Assembly: GCA_037191015.1 (NCBI GenBank)
Contig: JBBCKD010000004.1
Location: 4,013 to 68,012, forward strand
Origin: Spirosomataceae bacterium
GTDB taxonomy: Bacteria > Bacteroidota > Bacteroidia > Cytophagales > Spirosomataceae
Direction: 5' to 3'
Length of the DNA: 64,000 nt
The notes beneath the pieces were generated by a model. That model was not told the DNA's origin, did not search any database, and saw only the letters and a program-made list of their open reading frames with translations. Both the position numbers and the translations under genes were made by a program. Position 1 is the stretch's first letter, and the number at the start of each line of letters is the position of its first letter. Positions 29,532-40,595 of the stretch are shown in pieces.

Positions 29532-30464
29532 TTAGAATTGAACATCCGACAGGCCTATTTCAGACTTGAGCGCCTGGTAGCGATCATAAAAGCGATCGAC
29601 GTTCCCGGCCACTTCCGCACTGAAATCACCTACTTCCCTGCGGGTTGTAAGACCGATATCGAACCCTCTTTTCCGAAGGAAGTATTTGGCGATAATCGGG
29701 TATACGTCATGCATTACATCCATATTATCTACAAAGAAACGCTGCACAAGGTCAACCTGTCCTTTTGCTGAAGAATCCGCGAAATTGTCGCACAGCCATA
29801 CGATCAGCTCGGGCACGAAATTCCCCTGGATGCACGACAGACCGGCTGCTCCCGCCACCTGCGATGCCACCGCATTCACCATATAGGCGTCATACAGCTC
29901 GAACCGCTTTCCGGCGGTAAGCTGAATCTTGCGCGTCACCGAGTCGATATCCAGTGAAGTATCTTTATGGTACACCACCCTTCCGGTATCGACATACTTC
30001 TTCAATTGCTCAGGACTCAGCACTCTTTTATAGGGAACAGGGCATTCGTAAAAGCCCAAAGGGATCTGCGCGGTAAGCCCGATCAGCTCCTCCACGCGGG
30101 CGTCCAGCACTTCGTCCGGCTCGCTTTCCTCAGCCAGCAGGCTTGTGATAACAATTACCGCGTCGGCCCCTGTCTCATGGATCTTTTTCACGAAATCGGC
30201 CTGCACGGCTACAGCTCCCCCGAAAGTACCGGTGCTCACCACCGGTACCTGCCCGGCCGCAACATCCACGACATGCTTCGTAACCTGGAGGCGCTCCTCT
30301 TCCGAAAGCTCGAACATCTCGCTCGAAAGACAGTTGGCAAACAGCCCTTTTGCCCCTGCTTTCAGATAAAATTCGGTCAATGCTGTTAATTGCTTATAAT
30401 CGATCTCCCCGTTTTCCTTGAAAGGCGTAATCATAACTGGGACAAACTTTCCTTTTGCTGACAT
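29532..30464 (-). CDS. DHDPS/NAL-family class I aldolase or dehydratase
   Basis: PVMITPF, GLFANCLSSE, YHKDTS Schiff-base lysine. Confidence 0.88.
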   Translation of the reverse strand: MSAKGKFVPVMITPFKENGEIDYKQLTALTEFYLKAGAKGLFANCLSSEMFELSEEERLQVTKHVVDVAAGQVPVVSTGTFGGAVAVQADFVKKIHETGADAVIVITSLLAEESEPDEVLDARVEELIGLTAQIPLGFYECPVPYKRVLSPEQLKKYVDTGRVVYHKDTSLDIDSVTRKIQLTAGKRFELYDAYMVNAVASQVAGAAGLSCIQGNFVPELIVWLCDNFADSSAKGQVDLVQRFFVDNMDVMHDVYPIIAKYFLRKRGFDIGLTTRREVGDFSAEVAGNVDRFYDRYQALKSEIGLSDVQF

Positions 30465-30512
30465 AATTTTTTGATTTAATAAACTCCGGTTTTGTAAAGC
30501 ATTTATGTACTC

Positions 30513-32120
30513 TTACTGAGCTTTCCTCCTCATTTTGGTCAGGATCACGCCCGCCAGGAAGATCGTAAGCGTACCTATTATAATGGTCATATTGACATGC
30601 AGCGGATTCTTCAGATGCGCATATTCTTCAGGGAAGTGCTTGGAAAGCGTCATCCAGATGATCACGAGCACACCGATAATAGCCGCCGTAAGACCTTCGT
30701 GACTATTGGTCCGCTTACTGATAATCCCCAGGAGGAAAATGCCGAGCATACCCGCAGCGAAAATACCCGAAAGCTCCCACCACATATCCAGGATACTTTT
30801 GGCCCCGATCATGGCGATACCGGTAAACATGCCGGCCAGTCCGAACAATACAGTACCAATATACAGTACCCTCATTTTCCGGGCATCGGTGGCATTCCTG
30901 TTAAAGTAACGCTGGTAAATATCTTCGGAGAAAACCGTCGCCGAAGCGTTCATTCCCGAGCTGATCGTACTCATCGCTGCTGCCAGGATCGCCGATACAA
31001 TCAGGCCTACCAGGCCGGTGGGTATTTTGTTCACCATAAAATAAGGCATCACTTTGTCCCCGTAATCGGCCGGCTGCAGAGTGGCGGCCATCCTGGTGAT
31101 CTCTTCCGCCGATGCTCCGGCCGGCAGCAGCTCCGCGGCCGCCTGCTCCCTCACCACAGACAGCAATTCGGGGTGTACCTGGAAATAGGCAAACAGGCAG
31201 CTTCCTATGATAAAAAATACCAGGGAGACCGGCACATACAACCACACGCACAGCCATATCGACGAAACGGCTTCTTTAGACGAACGGGCAGTATGGTACC
31301 GCTGCACGTAATTCTGATCCATCCCGAAGTTATTGAGATTGATAAAGAAGCCGTACAGTAATATTACCCAAAACGACGACGTCGTAAAATCCAGGGAAAA
31401 GCTTCCCAGGCTGAATTTGTCGCTGGCTTTACCTATTTCAATAATTTCCGAGACCCCGCCCGGAACGCCTTTTATCACAAGGTACAAAATGAGAAATGCG
31501 CCGAGTGTCTTGACAACTCCCTGCACAACTTCCGTCCATATCACGGCTTCGATACCGCCAAGCACCGTATAAATTATAATACATACGCCGACCACCAGCA
31601 TCACGGTGCTCATCGAAATCCCTGTCAAAGCCTGGAGGCTTAGCGCGATTCCGAAGAAAATAGACCCCATACGTGCCAGCTGGGTCAGCAGGAAACAAGC
31701 CACGGCGTAGGTACGCGCCCAGGGCCCGAAACGATGCTCAAGATGCGTGTAAGCCGAAACCTCGCCGGAGGTACGATAAAAAGGTACAAAATATTTAGCC
31801 GCTACCCAAGCCGAAAGCGGCATAGCCAGGCTGAAGACAAAAGCGTTCCAGTTGCTGCCGAAAGCCTTGCCCGGAACACCCAGGAAGGTATTGCTGCTTA
31901 AAAATGTCGCATAAATCGAGAGCCCGATCGCCCATCCGGGAATAGATCCGCCGGCCTTGGTAAACTGTTCCGATCCCTGGGATTTTCTCGAAAAATAGAA
32001 GCCCACGAGGATCATGGAGAGCAGGTAGACACCGATGACGGCCAGGTCAATAAAGGGTAAATTATTCATAGGTAATTTGGAAAAACAGGTCTTTGGAATG
32101 TAATACCCGGGTAATACCAC
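30513..32120 (-). CDS. sodium:solute symporter (start probably 32069)
   Basis: LSIYATFLSS, GGIEAVIWTEVVQ, DQNYVQRY, AAMSTISS. Confidence 0.93.
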   Translation of the reverse strand: MVLPGYYIPKTCFSKLPMNNLPFIDLAVIGVYLLSMILVGFYFSRKSQGSEQFTKAGGSIPGWAIGLSIYATFLSSNTFLGVPGKAFGSNWNAFVFSLAMPLSAWVAAKYFVPFYRTSGEVSAYTHLEHRFGPWARTYAVACFLLTQLARMGSIFFGIALSLQALTGISMSTVMLVVGVCIIIYTVLGGIEAVIWTEVVQGVVKTLGAFLILYLVIKGVPGGVSEIIEIGKASDKFSLGSFSLDFTTSSFWVILLYGFFINLNNFGMDQNYVQRYHTARSSKEAVSSIWLCVWLYVPVSLVFFIIGSCLFAYFQVHPELLSVVREQAAAELLPAGASAEEITRMAATLQPADYGDKVMPYFMVNKIPTGLVGLIVSAILAAAMSTISSGMNASATVFSEDIYQRYFNRNATDARKMRVLYIGTVLFGLAGMFTGIAMIGAKSILDMWWELSGIFAAGMLGIFLLGIISKRTNSHEGLTAAIIGVLVIIWMTLSKHFPEEYAHLKNPLHVNMTIIIGTLTIFLAGVILTKMRRKAQ

Positions 32121-32415
32121 AAAAGTACCTCCCCGGCAGGCTGTATTATTTCATTTTTTTTGCAAGTTATTGTAGGATACTATCATTACAGCCCAAACCA
32201 GGCATTGCCGGTAAGCCTCCTCCCGGGCCGGTCGGCACAGACAATCTCATGCCTCCGGCAGAAGAAGGTTTTATCTTGTCAAAAAGCACGAAAAGTCTGC
32301 AGAAAGGGCTATTTTTGCGCCTTTTCCCCCTGGTCATCCGCCCTGCCGGCCGTCATGGAAGGTTTGAAACGGGAGTTTTTTTACGCATCTGCCCGCGGAT
32401 AAATCTTAATCAATA

Positions 32416-33711
32416 ATGATGAATATTCTTTCAGTTTTTGATCTTTTGCACGAGCAAAGCTACCAGTTCCTGCTTACCCTTCGCTTTACCGAAAACAGCG
32501 CAAAGATCCTCAACATCTTCCTGTTGAGTATACTTATCCTTTGCCTCTCCTGGCTTATCGATAAGCTGGTCAACGTCACGCTCACAAAGTCTTTGAGGTC
32601 TTTCAGAAGCGACAGGCTGCAGCCGTTTTTTACCGCGTTGATCAACAACCAGGTAGTGAGAAAGACCGGGCATCTCATCCCCCTGGTCGTATTCTACAAT
32701 GCCGTTCCCGGTATTTTCCGGCACTTCCCCCAATTGACCGCCCCTGCGCTTGGCTTTGTGAATATCCTGATCATTTTACTGATCGCGGGCATATTCAAAA
32801 AGGTATTCCGCTCGGTTACCGATATAGCCGAAACCCGGCCGGGCTACAGGGATAAACCCCTGGAGAGCTATCACCAAGTGGTAAGCCTGCTGCTCAATTT
32901 TATTGCGCTTATCCTTATTTTCTCGCAGGTGACGGGTAAGGAAGTATGGACTTTCTTCACGGCGATGGGCGCTATGTCGGCCGTTTTGATGCTGGTGTTC
33001 AAAGACACGATCATGGGATTTGTCGCCAGCGTCCAGGTAACGACCAATGACATGGTACGGATAGGCGACTGGGTAGAAATGCCGAAGTACGGGGCGGACG
33101 GAGATGTTGTTGAAATAACCCTTACAACGGTAAAAATCCAGAACTTCGATAAAACGATCACCACGATCCCGACCTATTCACTTATTGCGGATTCCTTCAA
33201 AAACTGGCGGGGAATGCGCGAAACCGGCGGAAGGCGGATCAAGCGCGCCATCAATATAAAGATGAGCTCCGTGAAATTCCTGACCGGAGACGAGCCTGAA
33301 AAATATCGCCGGATCGAGCTACTGGCCCCTGTTCTTGCCGAAAAGCAAAAAGAAATTGACGAATATAACGCGGCCCGGAAAACAGATAAGGGTATTCCGC
33401 TCAATGGCCGCAACCTGACCAACCTAGGTCTCTTCCGCCAATACCTGATAGAATATCTTCGCCACCACCCGAAGCTGCACAAGCAGATGATCTCGATGGT
33501 CAGGCAACTGGCCCCTACCGATACAGGCATCCCGCTGGAGCTTTATGTCTTTACGGCCACCACGATCTGGGTAGAGTACGAAGGTATCATGGCCGATATC
33601 TTCGACCATGTTATTGCCGCCGCTCCCTATTTCGACCTTGAAATCTTCGAGCAGCCTACCGGTAAAGACCTGGGAACCATGCTGAAAAGCGCCGTATCTC
33701 CTTCTGACTGA
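32416..33711 (+). CDS. MscS-family mechanosensitive channel (YbdG/MscM-like)
   Basis: GAMSAVLMLVFKDTIMGFVAS, GDWVEMPKYGADG, NFDKTITTIP, GGRRIKR. Confidence 0.92.
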   Translation: MMNILSVFDLLHEQSYQFLLTLRFTENSAKILNIFLLSILILCLSWLIDKLVNVTLTKSLRSFRSDRLQPFFTALINNQVVRKTGHLIPLVVFYNAVPGIFRHFPQLTAPALGFVNILIILLIAGIFKKVFRSVTDIAETRPGYRDKPLESYHQVVSLLLNFIALILIFSQVTGKEVWTFFTAMGAMSAVLMLVFKDTIMGFVASVQVTTNDMVRIGDWVEMPKYGADGDVVEITLTTVKIQNFDKTITTIPTYSLIADSFKNWRGMRETGGRRIKRAINIKMSSVKFLTGDEPEKYRRIELLAPVLAEKQKEIDEYNAARKTDKGIPLNGRNLTNLGLFRQYLIEYLRHHPKLHKQMISMVRQLAPTDTGIPLELYVFTATTIWVEYEGIMADIFDHVIAAAPYFDLEIFEQPTGKDLGTMLKSAVSPSD

Positions 33712-33847
33712 ACAGGCTCCCGGATCAGAAAATCACGATACATTCATTTTTTTTATTTATTTTATCTAATACCTGTAAGTATTTACCCCTGCTCACTTGT
33801 CTTGCTACTGAAAGGAGACAAAACTCCCCGAACAAAAATATTGTCCT

Positions 33848-34516
33848 TTGGCAGAGCAAATGAACCCACTTGTCCCCGATGAGGAAAATCACGATCTGAA
33901 GAGCAGGCCCGGCACCAGTGACAATGCCGCCTTCCCGTCAGACCTGGATGAAGTCTTCATAAGAAAAACGCTGATCGGCAACCCTGAACAGGGGATGGAA
34001 TTGCTCTACCTGCGCTATTACCAGCCCCTGTGCACGCACGCCGTAAAATTTGTGCGCTGCAGGCAGGTTGCGGAAGATATCGTCTCAGACATCTTCTACA
34101 CCTTCTATACCCGGCGCATATTCGAGAAAATCACCGATTCGTACCGGGCTTACCTCTTTCGCGCAGTAAGGAATAAGGGGTATAACTATCTCCGCTGGGA
34201 GCTGGACAAGAGCACGGACCTGGAAGACGACAACCGCTTCAACGCTCCCGAATACCAGCAGCCCGACATGATCACGCAGTACGAAGAGCTTTACCAGGAC
34301 GTGGAAAAAGCCATTGAGCTTCTCCCGCACCAGCGTAAATCAATTTACCTGCAGTTTCAGTTTGAAGGAAAGCCGGTCAAGGAGATCGCAAAGGACCTGC
34401 TGCTCTCCACCAGGACGATAGAGACCCAGATCTACCGGGCCAAACAAACCATACGTGATTACGTAAGATCCAGGTGGCTGCCCGCCCTCCTGCTGTTTTC
34501 AATTCTTTTATTTTGA
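33848..34516 (+). CDS. ECF sigma-70 factor (ATG start probably 33860)
   Basis: AEDIVSDIF, YLFRAVRN region 2; region 4 EIAKDLLLSTRTIETQ. Confidence 0.93.
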   Translation: MAEQMNPLVPDEENHDLKSRPGTSDNAAFPSDLDEVFIRKTLIGNPEQGMELLYLRYYQPLCTHAVKFVRCRQVAEDIVSDIFYTFYTRRIFEKITDSYRAYLFRAVRNKGYNYLRWELDKSTDLEDDNRFNAPEYQQPDMITQYEELYQDVEKAIELLPHQRKSIYLQFQFEGKPVKEIAKDLLLSTRTIETQIYRAKQTIRDYVRSRWLPALLLFSILLF

Positions 34517-34547
34517 CAAGAAAGGTCTTTCTGACTGCATCGCCAAT

Positions 34548-35549
34548 ATGAAACCGACTATTTCCAGGGATTTTATTTTTGAATATCTCAGCGGGAGAGC
34601 CACCTCCATTCAAAAACAGCTCATTGACAAATGGGTAAAAGACCCTTCCAACGAGGACGCTTTCTATCGCTATCTTGAAGAATGGGAGCGCCTGCACCCG
34701 CAGTACGTCGTCGACGTGCCCGAAGGAATAAGAAACTTCAGAAAGCTTCTGAAGGAGACGGGCCCTGCGGCCAAAGAAGAGATCCCGCCGGCAGCCCCTG
34801 CGCGAAGGAGGTCCATAAAGGCCTGGATCCTGGCGGCTTCCGTCGTATTGCTTCTGGCTTCATCAGCCTGGTTCGGCAGGGAATCGATATTGTATACCGC
34901 TTACCGGACAAACCCGGGAGAAGTGAAACCCTATGAACTTCCCGACGGAAGCATTGTCACGCTCAATGCGAACTCCCGGCTGACCGTTTCCCGGTTCTGG
35001 GCGATCACGGGCGACAGGGAGGTTTTCCTCAGCGGCGAGGCCGAATTCAAGGTAAGGCGAACCGAAGAGGGCCGTAAGTTCACGGTCAGGACAGATAATG
35101 ACGTGGAAATTGTCGTGCTGGGAACCATCTTCACTGTCTTCAACCGGCACCAGCGTACGGCGGTCACCCTCAACGAAGGGAAGGTACAGCTCACGCACCA
35201 GGTCGGCAACACGACCAAAACGATAGAGATGGCCCCGGGCGACAAGATCATGGTCGAAGCCAATCGCCCGGCCATTGTCGAGAGCGGAACGGATCCTGCC
35301 AAAACCACGCTCTGGAAAGAGAAGCGCTTCGAGTTCGATCAGACTTCGCTGGAAAGCATTTCCGGAGTTCTGAATGATTACTACAACCTGAAAGCCACTT
35401 TCGCCGACGCCGATGTCCGGGCACTGACGGTGTCAGGCTCCTTTGTAGCAGCCAATGCTGACGAATTCCTGGAATCGATATGCCTTCTTAACGGACTCCG
35501 GTGCCAGAAGTCAGGACAAATCGTAACATTTTATAAAGAAAATCACTAA
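34548..35549 (+). CDS. FecR-family anti-sigma factor
   Basis: LPDGSIVTLNANS, VFLSGEAEF, VLGTIF. Confidence 0.93.
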   Translation: MKPTISRDFIFEYLSGRATSIQKQLIDKWVKDPSNEDAFYRYLEEWERLHPQYVVDVPEGIRNFRKLLKETGPAAKEEIPPAAPARRRSIKAWILAASVVLLLASSAWFGRESILYTAYRTNPGEVKPYELPDGSIVTLNANSRLTVSRFWAITGDREVFLSGEAEFKVRRTEEGRKFTVRTDNDVEIVVLGTIFTVFNRHQRTAVTLNEGKVQLTHQVGNTTKTIEMAPGDKIMVEANRPAIVESGTDPAKTTLWKEKRFEFDQTSLESISGVLNDYYNLKATFADADVRALTVSGSFVAANADEFLESICLLNGLRCQKSGQIVTFYKENH

Positions 35550-35552
35550 TCT

Positions 35553-38500
35553 ATGGCGGTTCATATGAAAAACACTTTAATTAAACTCACAGCTTTGCTT
35601 GTATTTGCTGCCTGTAACGCAGCAGCCCGGTACTCGGGCGCCCAGGCATTCGCCTACGGGAAAACACCTGCCCCTGCTTTTCAAAAAGTAGCAGCCCCTA
35701 CGATGCAGCTGAAAGATGCCCTTCTGGCCCTGAAAGCCCATTATAAGGTAGATATCGTCTTTGCCGACCACCTGGTCAAAGGCCGCGTGGTCCCTACGAA
35801 CGTAATTTATCAGAAAAGCCAGCTGGAAGCCGACCTTGGCGAAATACTGAACCTGCACGGACTGACCTTCCGGCGGGGAAAAAGCGGTTCCTACATCGTC
35901 ATAGCCGGCGATAGCCCCAAAAGACCGAAAGCCATACGGGCCGGGCAGACCAGTCCGGATGGGCGGCAAAGCCTGCTGATCACTACCCGTCCTGAAAAAG
36001 ACACGGAGCCGGGGATCGTATTTCCCGAAACCGATCTCGTTGCTTTCAGCCATACCATCACCGGCCGCATTACCGATGCGGAAACAAATGAGCCGTTACC
36101 CGGGGTAAGCATCGTTTTAAAAGGGTCTCAGCTGGGTACAATATCCGAAATAAACGGGAACTACAGCTTCATCGCACCCGACGAGCAGAAAGCCGGCGGC
36201 ATCCTGGTATTTTCGTTTGTCGGCTATCAGAACCAGGAGGTACCCATAGGCGGCAGAAATGTGATAGACATCAGCCTCAAGGCCGATCTTAAAGCATTGG
36301 AGGAAATCGTGGTGGTAGGATACGGCACGCAGAAAAGAGCCGATATTACCGGGGCCGTATCTTCCGTAAGCGCCAGGGACATACAGGGTATGCCGAACCC
36401 CAGCCTTGACGGTGCGCTCGCAGGAAAGATGCCGGGCGTACAGGTATCCCAAACCACCGGTACACCGGGAGGAGGTCTCACTGTCCGGGTAAGAGGTACG
36501 GGGTCTATAGGAGCAGGCAATGAGCCTTTGTACGTGATTGACGGATTCCCGGTTACGGCCACCTATAACCAATCCAACAACCCGCTGAACAGCATCAATC
36601 CAAACGACATTGAATCCATCGAAGTGCTGAAAGACGCCTCGTCTACCGCGATCTACGGCTCAAGAGGGTCTAACGGAGTGGTGCTGATCACTACAAAGGG
36701 CGGAAAATCGGGCAAGATGAAAGTCGACCTCGAAACCTATACGGGCTTTCAGCAGGTCACTCAGAAGATGAACCTTATGAATGCACAGGAATTCGCCAGG
36801 TATATCATCGACTCAAGAAATAATGCCTGGGTGGATACCGGGGGAGATCCTTCGGCTCCCAACTCGCAGCGGGCCGCTATCTACCAGATCCTTCCTGCAC
36901 TTCAAAACCCCGATGCATTGGGGGAAGGCACCGACTGGCAGGATGAGGTTTTCAGAACTGCTCCCATACACAACTTACAGGCAACCGTCTCGGGAGGCAC
37001 CGACAAGATACGTTACATGGTTTCCGGCGGGTATTTCAAACAGGACGGGATCATCATCAATTCCGATTTCCAAAGGTATTCCTTCAGGGTCAACCTCGAA
37101 GCCAATGCTTCCAAAAGGTTCAAAGTAGGAATAAACCTTAATCCTTCCTATACCGTGAGCAACCCCACCGATGCGGAAGGGCACTTCGGTTCAGGTGCAA
37201 TTGTGCTGTCTGCGCTCCTGATGGCGCCGCACCTGCCCGTTTACGATGAAAACGGTGATTATACGACCGGCATTACCCTGGGTAACGGATTCAGCAGCCT
37301 TGAAAACCCCGTAAAATCCGCCCTGGGGAAAAAGAGGCGGCTCAACGATCTCAGGATGCTGGGCACTGCCTACGGCGAATACCAGATCATGAACGGACTC
37401 AGCTACAAGCTCCTGGTAGGCGCCGATCTGCAGAACAGCAACGAGCGGACCTTCAACCCCTCGTTTGTAGGAAGGGACGGCACACCGCCTCCTGTCATTC
37501 CCTTCGGATCGTTCAATTCCCGTTACTCCAACAACCTGCTCATCGAGCATACGCTGAACTATTCAAAAGATTTCGGAGCCCACAGTCTTAACGCGCTCGG
37601 CGGGTTTACAGCTCAAAAAGAGTTCTTACATACCTCAGCTATCAATTCTACCAATTTTCCAAATGACCTGGTAGAGACACTGAATGCCGGGATCGTTTCT
37701 TCCGCCAGCACGAACGCCAGCGAATGGTCCTTATTATCCTACCTGGCAAGGGTCAACTACTCGTATAAAAGCAAGTACCTGCTTACCGCCACCATCAGGA
37801 GAGACGGCTCTTCAAGATTCGGCCAAAACAATAAATGGGGTACTTTTCCTTCCGTCTCAGCCGGCTGGAGAATCTCGGAAGAAGCTTTTATGAATAGCCT
37901 TCCCCAGGTAAACGAACTGAAGCTCAGGGCCAGCTATGGCTTTACCGGGAACAACTTTATCGGCAACTATGACCATATCGGCCTGTTGGCGATCCGGAAC
38001 ACCGTCTTCGGCGGAAGCGGCGGGACCGTCGTAAACGGCATTGCCCCCAACTCTATCAGCAACCCTGATCTCAGTTGGGAACGCAACCGGCAATTTGACC
38101 TCGGCCTGGAAGTAGGATTGTTCCAGAACCGGATTTTCGTGGTAACCGATTTCTACGAAAAAATCACCTCCGATCTTCTTCTGAACGTACCTACTCCTTC
38201 CATTACAGGGTATACTTCTGCCCGCCAGAACATCGGAAGGGTACGCAACAGGGGATGGGAGCTGGCTGTCTCCACGAGGAACCTGGTCAATAAGTTCCAG
38301 TGGACAACCGATTTTAATATCGCATTCAACCGCAACCAGGTACAGGCGCTCGGCCCGAGCGGAGAGCCGATCTTCGGAAATTACCAGCTGACCAACAGCC
38401 ACATTTCCAGGATAGGACATTCTTTGGGAAATTACTACGGCTACCAGGTTGACGGTATCTTCCAGTCTCAGCAGGAAATCGACAACAGCCCGAGCTTCGC

Positions 38501-39113
38501 CGATTCAAGGCCCGGACACTTCAGGTTCAGGGACGTCAACAACGACGGCGTTCTTTCCGTCGATGACCGCACGAGCCTCGGCAGCCCGCATCCCGACTTC
38601 ATTTTCGGGCTCACCAATAGCTTTTCCTACAAAGGCTTTGACCTCAATATCCTGATCCAGGGCGTTCAGGGCAACGAGATCCTTCATCTCGGGCGCAGGT
38701 TCTATGCCAATTATGCCGGGACGGCAAACGGGCTGAAAGAGCTCTCAAACGCCTGGAAATCGGCCCAGGAGCCCGGCGACGGTAAAACACCGAGGGTAAA
38801 CCGGGATCTTTCCAGGTACGCCAGCAGCAACGCCAGCGCCAACATCTCGTCTACCCACGTGGAAGACGGCTCCTTTGTACGCGTAAGGAATATTTCGCTG
38901 GGCTATACCCTACCCCAGGCTATTGCCAATAAAGTTGCGCTGAGAACGGCAAGGATCTATGTGAATATGCAGAATCCCGTTACATGGACCAAGTACACGG
39001 GCTATAACCCCGAAGTGAGCACGAACGGGGCTGATCCGCTCACACCGGGGGTAGACTACGGAGGATACCCCATAGCAAAGGTGTTCACGCTCGGACTGAA
39101 CGTAGGATTTTAG
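35553..39113 (+). CDS. susC: SusC/RagA TonB-dependent transporter with N-terminal signalling extension
   Basis: VVVGYGTQ, PLYVIDG, DIESIEVLKDASSTAIYGSRGSNGVVLITTK, C-terminal LNVGF. Confidence 0.97.
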   Translation: MAVHMKNTLIKLTALLVFAACNAAARYSGAQAFAYGKTPAPAFQKVAAPTMQLKDALLALKAHYKVDIVFADHLVKGRVVPTNVIYQKSQLEADLGEILNLHGLTFRRGKSGSYIVIAGDSPKRPKAIRAGQTSPDGRQSLLITTRPEKDTEPGIVFPETDLVAFSHTITGRITDAETNEPLPGVSIVLKGSQLGTISEINGNYSFIAPDEQKAGGILVFSFVGYQNQEVPIGGRNVIDISLKADLKALEEIVVVGYGTQKRADITGAVSSVSARDIQGMPNPSLDGALAGKMPGVQVSQTTGTPGGGLTVRVRGTGSIGAGNEPLYVIDGFPVTATYNQSNNPLNSINPNDIESIEVLKDASSTAIYGSRGSNGVVLITTKGGKSGKMKVDLETYTGFQQVTQKMNLMNAQEFARYIIDSRNNAWVDTGGDPSAPNSQRAAIYQILPALQNPDALGEGTDWQDEVFRTAPIHNLQATVSGGTDKIRYMVSGGYFKQDGIIINSDFQRYSFRVNLEANASKRFKVGINLNPSYTVSNPTDAEGHFGSGAIVLSALLMAPHLPVYDENGDYTTGITLGNGFSSLENPVKSALGKKRRLNDLRMLGTAYGEYQIMNGLSYKLLVGADLQNSNERTFNPSFVGRDGTPPPVIPFGSFNSRYSNNLLIEHTLNYSKDFGAHSLNALGGFTAQKEFLHTSAINSTNFPNDLVETLNAGIVSSASTNASEWSLLSYLARVNYSYKSKYLLTATIRRDGSSRFGQNNKWGTFPSVSAGWRISEEAFMNSLPQVNELKLRASYGFTGNNFIGNYDHIGLLAIRNTVFGGSGGTVVNGIAPNSISNPDLSWERNRQFDLGLEVGLFQNRIFVVTDFYEKITSDLLLNVPTPSITGYTSARQNIGRVRNRGWELAVSTRNLVNKFQWTTDFNIAFNRNQVQALGPSGEPIFGNYQLTNSHISRIGHSLGNYYGYQVDGIFQSQQEIDNSPSFADSRPGHFRFRDVNNDGVLSVDDRTSLGSPHPDFIFGLTNSFSYKGFDLNILIQGVQGNEILHLGRRFYANYAGTANGLKELSNAWKSAQEPGDGKTPRVNRDLSRYASSNASANISSTHVEDGSFVRVRNISLGYTLPQAIANKVALRTARIYVNMQNPVTWTKYTGYNPEVSTNGADPLTPGVDYGGYPIAKVFTLGLNVGF

Positions 39114-39135
39114 GGACTAAAAATAATCAGAAGAT

Positions 39136-40581
39136 ATGAAGAAGATAGAATTATATTGCTGCATTACTTTGCTGGCCCTTAGCCAGGGTTGCAACAGTGA
39201 TTTCCTTAACCTGGCGCCCATTTCCAACACAAACAACGTCAACTTCTACCGGAATGCCGACGACATGCTGAATGCCGTCAACGCAGCCTATTCCGGGCTC
39301 CGCCTGAACGGCGTATATAACCAGGCCATGTATGCCATCGGGGAGATCCGTTCGGATAATACGGAGATCCTGGACGCACAGGCAGGGATCGAGGTTACAC
39401 AGATCGATGCCTTTACCACGCTGACCAACAACAGCGCAATCAATACCATGTGGAACCAGCACTACCAGGCGATCCTTTACTGCAATACCGTCATAGACCG
39501 CATCCCGAATGTAGAGATGAACCAGGCGCTGAAAGACCGGTTTACTGCGGAAGCTCTTTTCCTGAGAAGCCTGCTTTATTTCAACCTGGTAAGATCTTTC
39601 GGCGACGTCCCGCTGGTGCTGAAAGAAACGACCGACGTGCAGGAAGGATATACCTACAGCCGGGTTCCGGTTGCGGATGTCTACGCCCGGATCGAGGCCG
39701 ATCTGCAGACAGCCGAGACTAACCTGCCAGCGTCATACACCGGGAACAACATCGGCCGGGCTACTTCCGGCGCTGCAAAAGGGCTTCTTGCAAAAGTTTA
39801 CCTGACACAGAAAAAATGGGATCAGGCCGCATCCAAAACGAGCGAGATTATTTCGTCAGGCACCTATAGCCTTCTTAACAATTATGCGGATATCTTTGCT
39901 ATAAACAACAAAAACAACAGGGAGTCGCTGTTTGAGGTACAATATAAAAAAGGAGGCTTCAGCCTTGGGAGTCCCTTTAACAATGCTTTCGCACCGAGGC
40001 TTTCTGGTGTGGTCGTCACCACGATCGGGGCCGGAGGCGGCCAGAACCACCCTACCGCAGATCTCATCGGGTCTTATGAAACCGGCGACCTGCGAAAAGA
40101 TGTTTCCCTTGCCACCGGCTACCAGAACGGCAACACCTTTGTAGCCGTTCCCTATGTAAAAAAATACCTCGACCCTGCTCCTTTCGCCGCCGGCGATGCC
40201 GACAACAACTGGCCGGTTCTCCGCTATGCAGACATCCTGCTTATGCGTGCGGAAGCGCTCAATGAGCTGTCCTATACCGCAGGCGGAGAAAGTTTTGAGC
40301 TTCTCAACCAAATCAGGACAAGGGCCGGTCTTGCTCCGAAGACGCCCGGAGACCTCCCAACCCAACAGGACTTCCGCCTGGCCATCGAACATGAAAGAAG
40401 ATATGAGCTGGCTTTCGAAAACCATCGTTGGTTCGATCTGCTGCGCACTGACAGGGCTATACCTGTCATGAACAGCAAAGGCTTTTCCATCCAGCCTTAC
40501 CAACTGCTGCTGCCGATCCCGCAGAACCAGATCGATATCAACCCGGCAGTCCTGAAACAGAACCCCGGATATACCGAATAA
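39136..40581 (+). CDS. susD: SusD/RagB lipoprotein
   Basis: Lipobox SQGC; RYADILLMRAEA, ERRYELAFENHRWFDL, QNPGY. Confidence 0.96.
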   Translation: MKKIELYCCITLLALSQGCNSDFLNLAPISNTNNVNFYRNADDMLNAVNAAYSGLRLNGVYNQAMYAIGEIRSDNTEILDAQAGIEVTQIDAFTTLTNNSAINTMWNQHYQAILYCNTVIDRIPNVEMNQALKDRFTAEALFLRSLLYFNLVRSFGDVPLVLKETTDVQEGYTYSRVPVADVYARIEADLQTAETNLPASYTGNNIGRATSGAAKGLLAKVYLTQKKWDQAASKTSEIISSGTYSLLNNYADIFAINNKNNRESLFEVQYKKGGFSLGSPFNNAFAPRLSGVVVTTIGAGGGQNHPTADLIGSYETGDLRKDVSLATGYQNGNTFVAVPYVKKYLDPAPFAAGDADNNWPVLRYADILLMRAEALNELSYTAGGESFELLNQIRTRAGLAPKTPGDLPTQQDFRLAIEHERRYELAFENHRWFDLLRTDRAIPVMNSKGFSIQPYQLLLPIPQNQIDINPAVLKQNPGYTE

Positions 40582-40595
40582 TACAGAATAGAAAA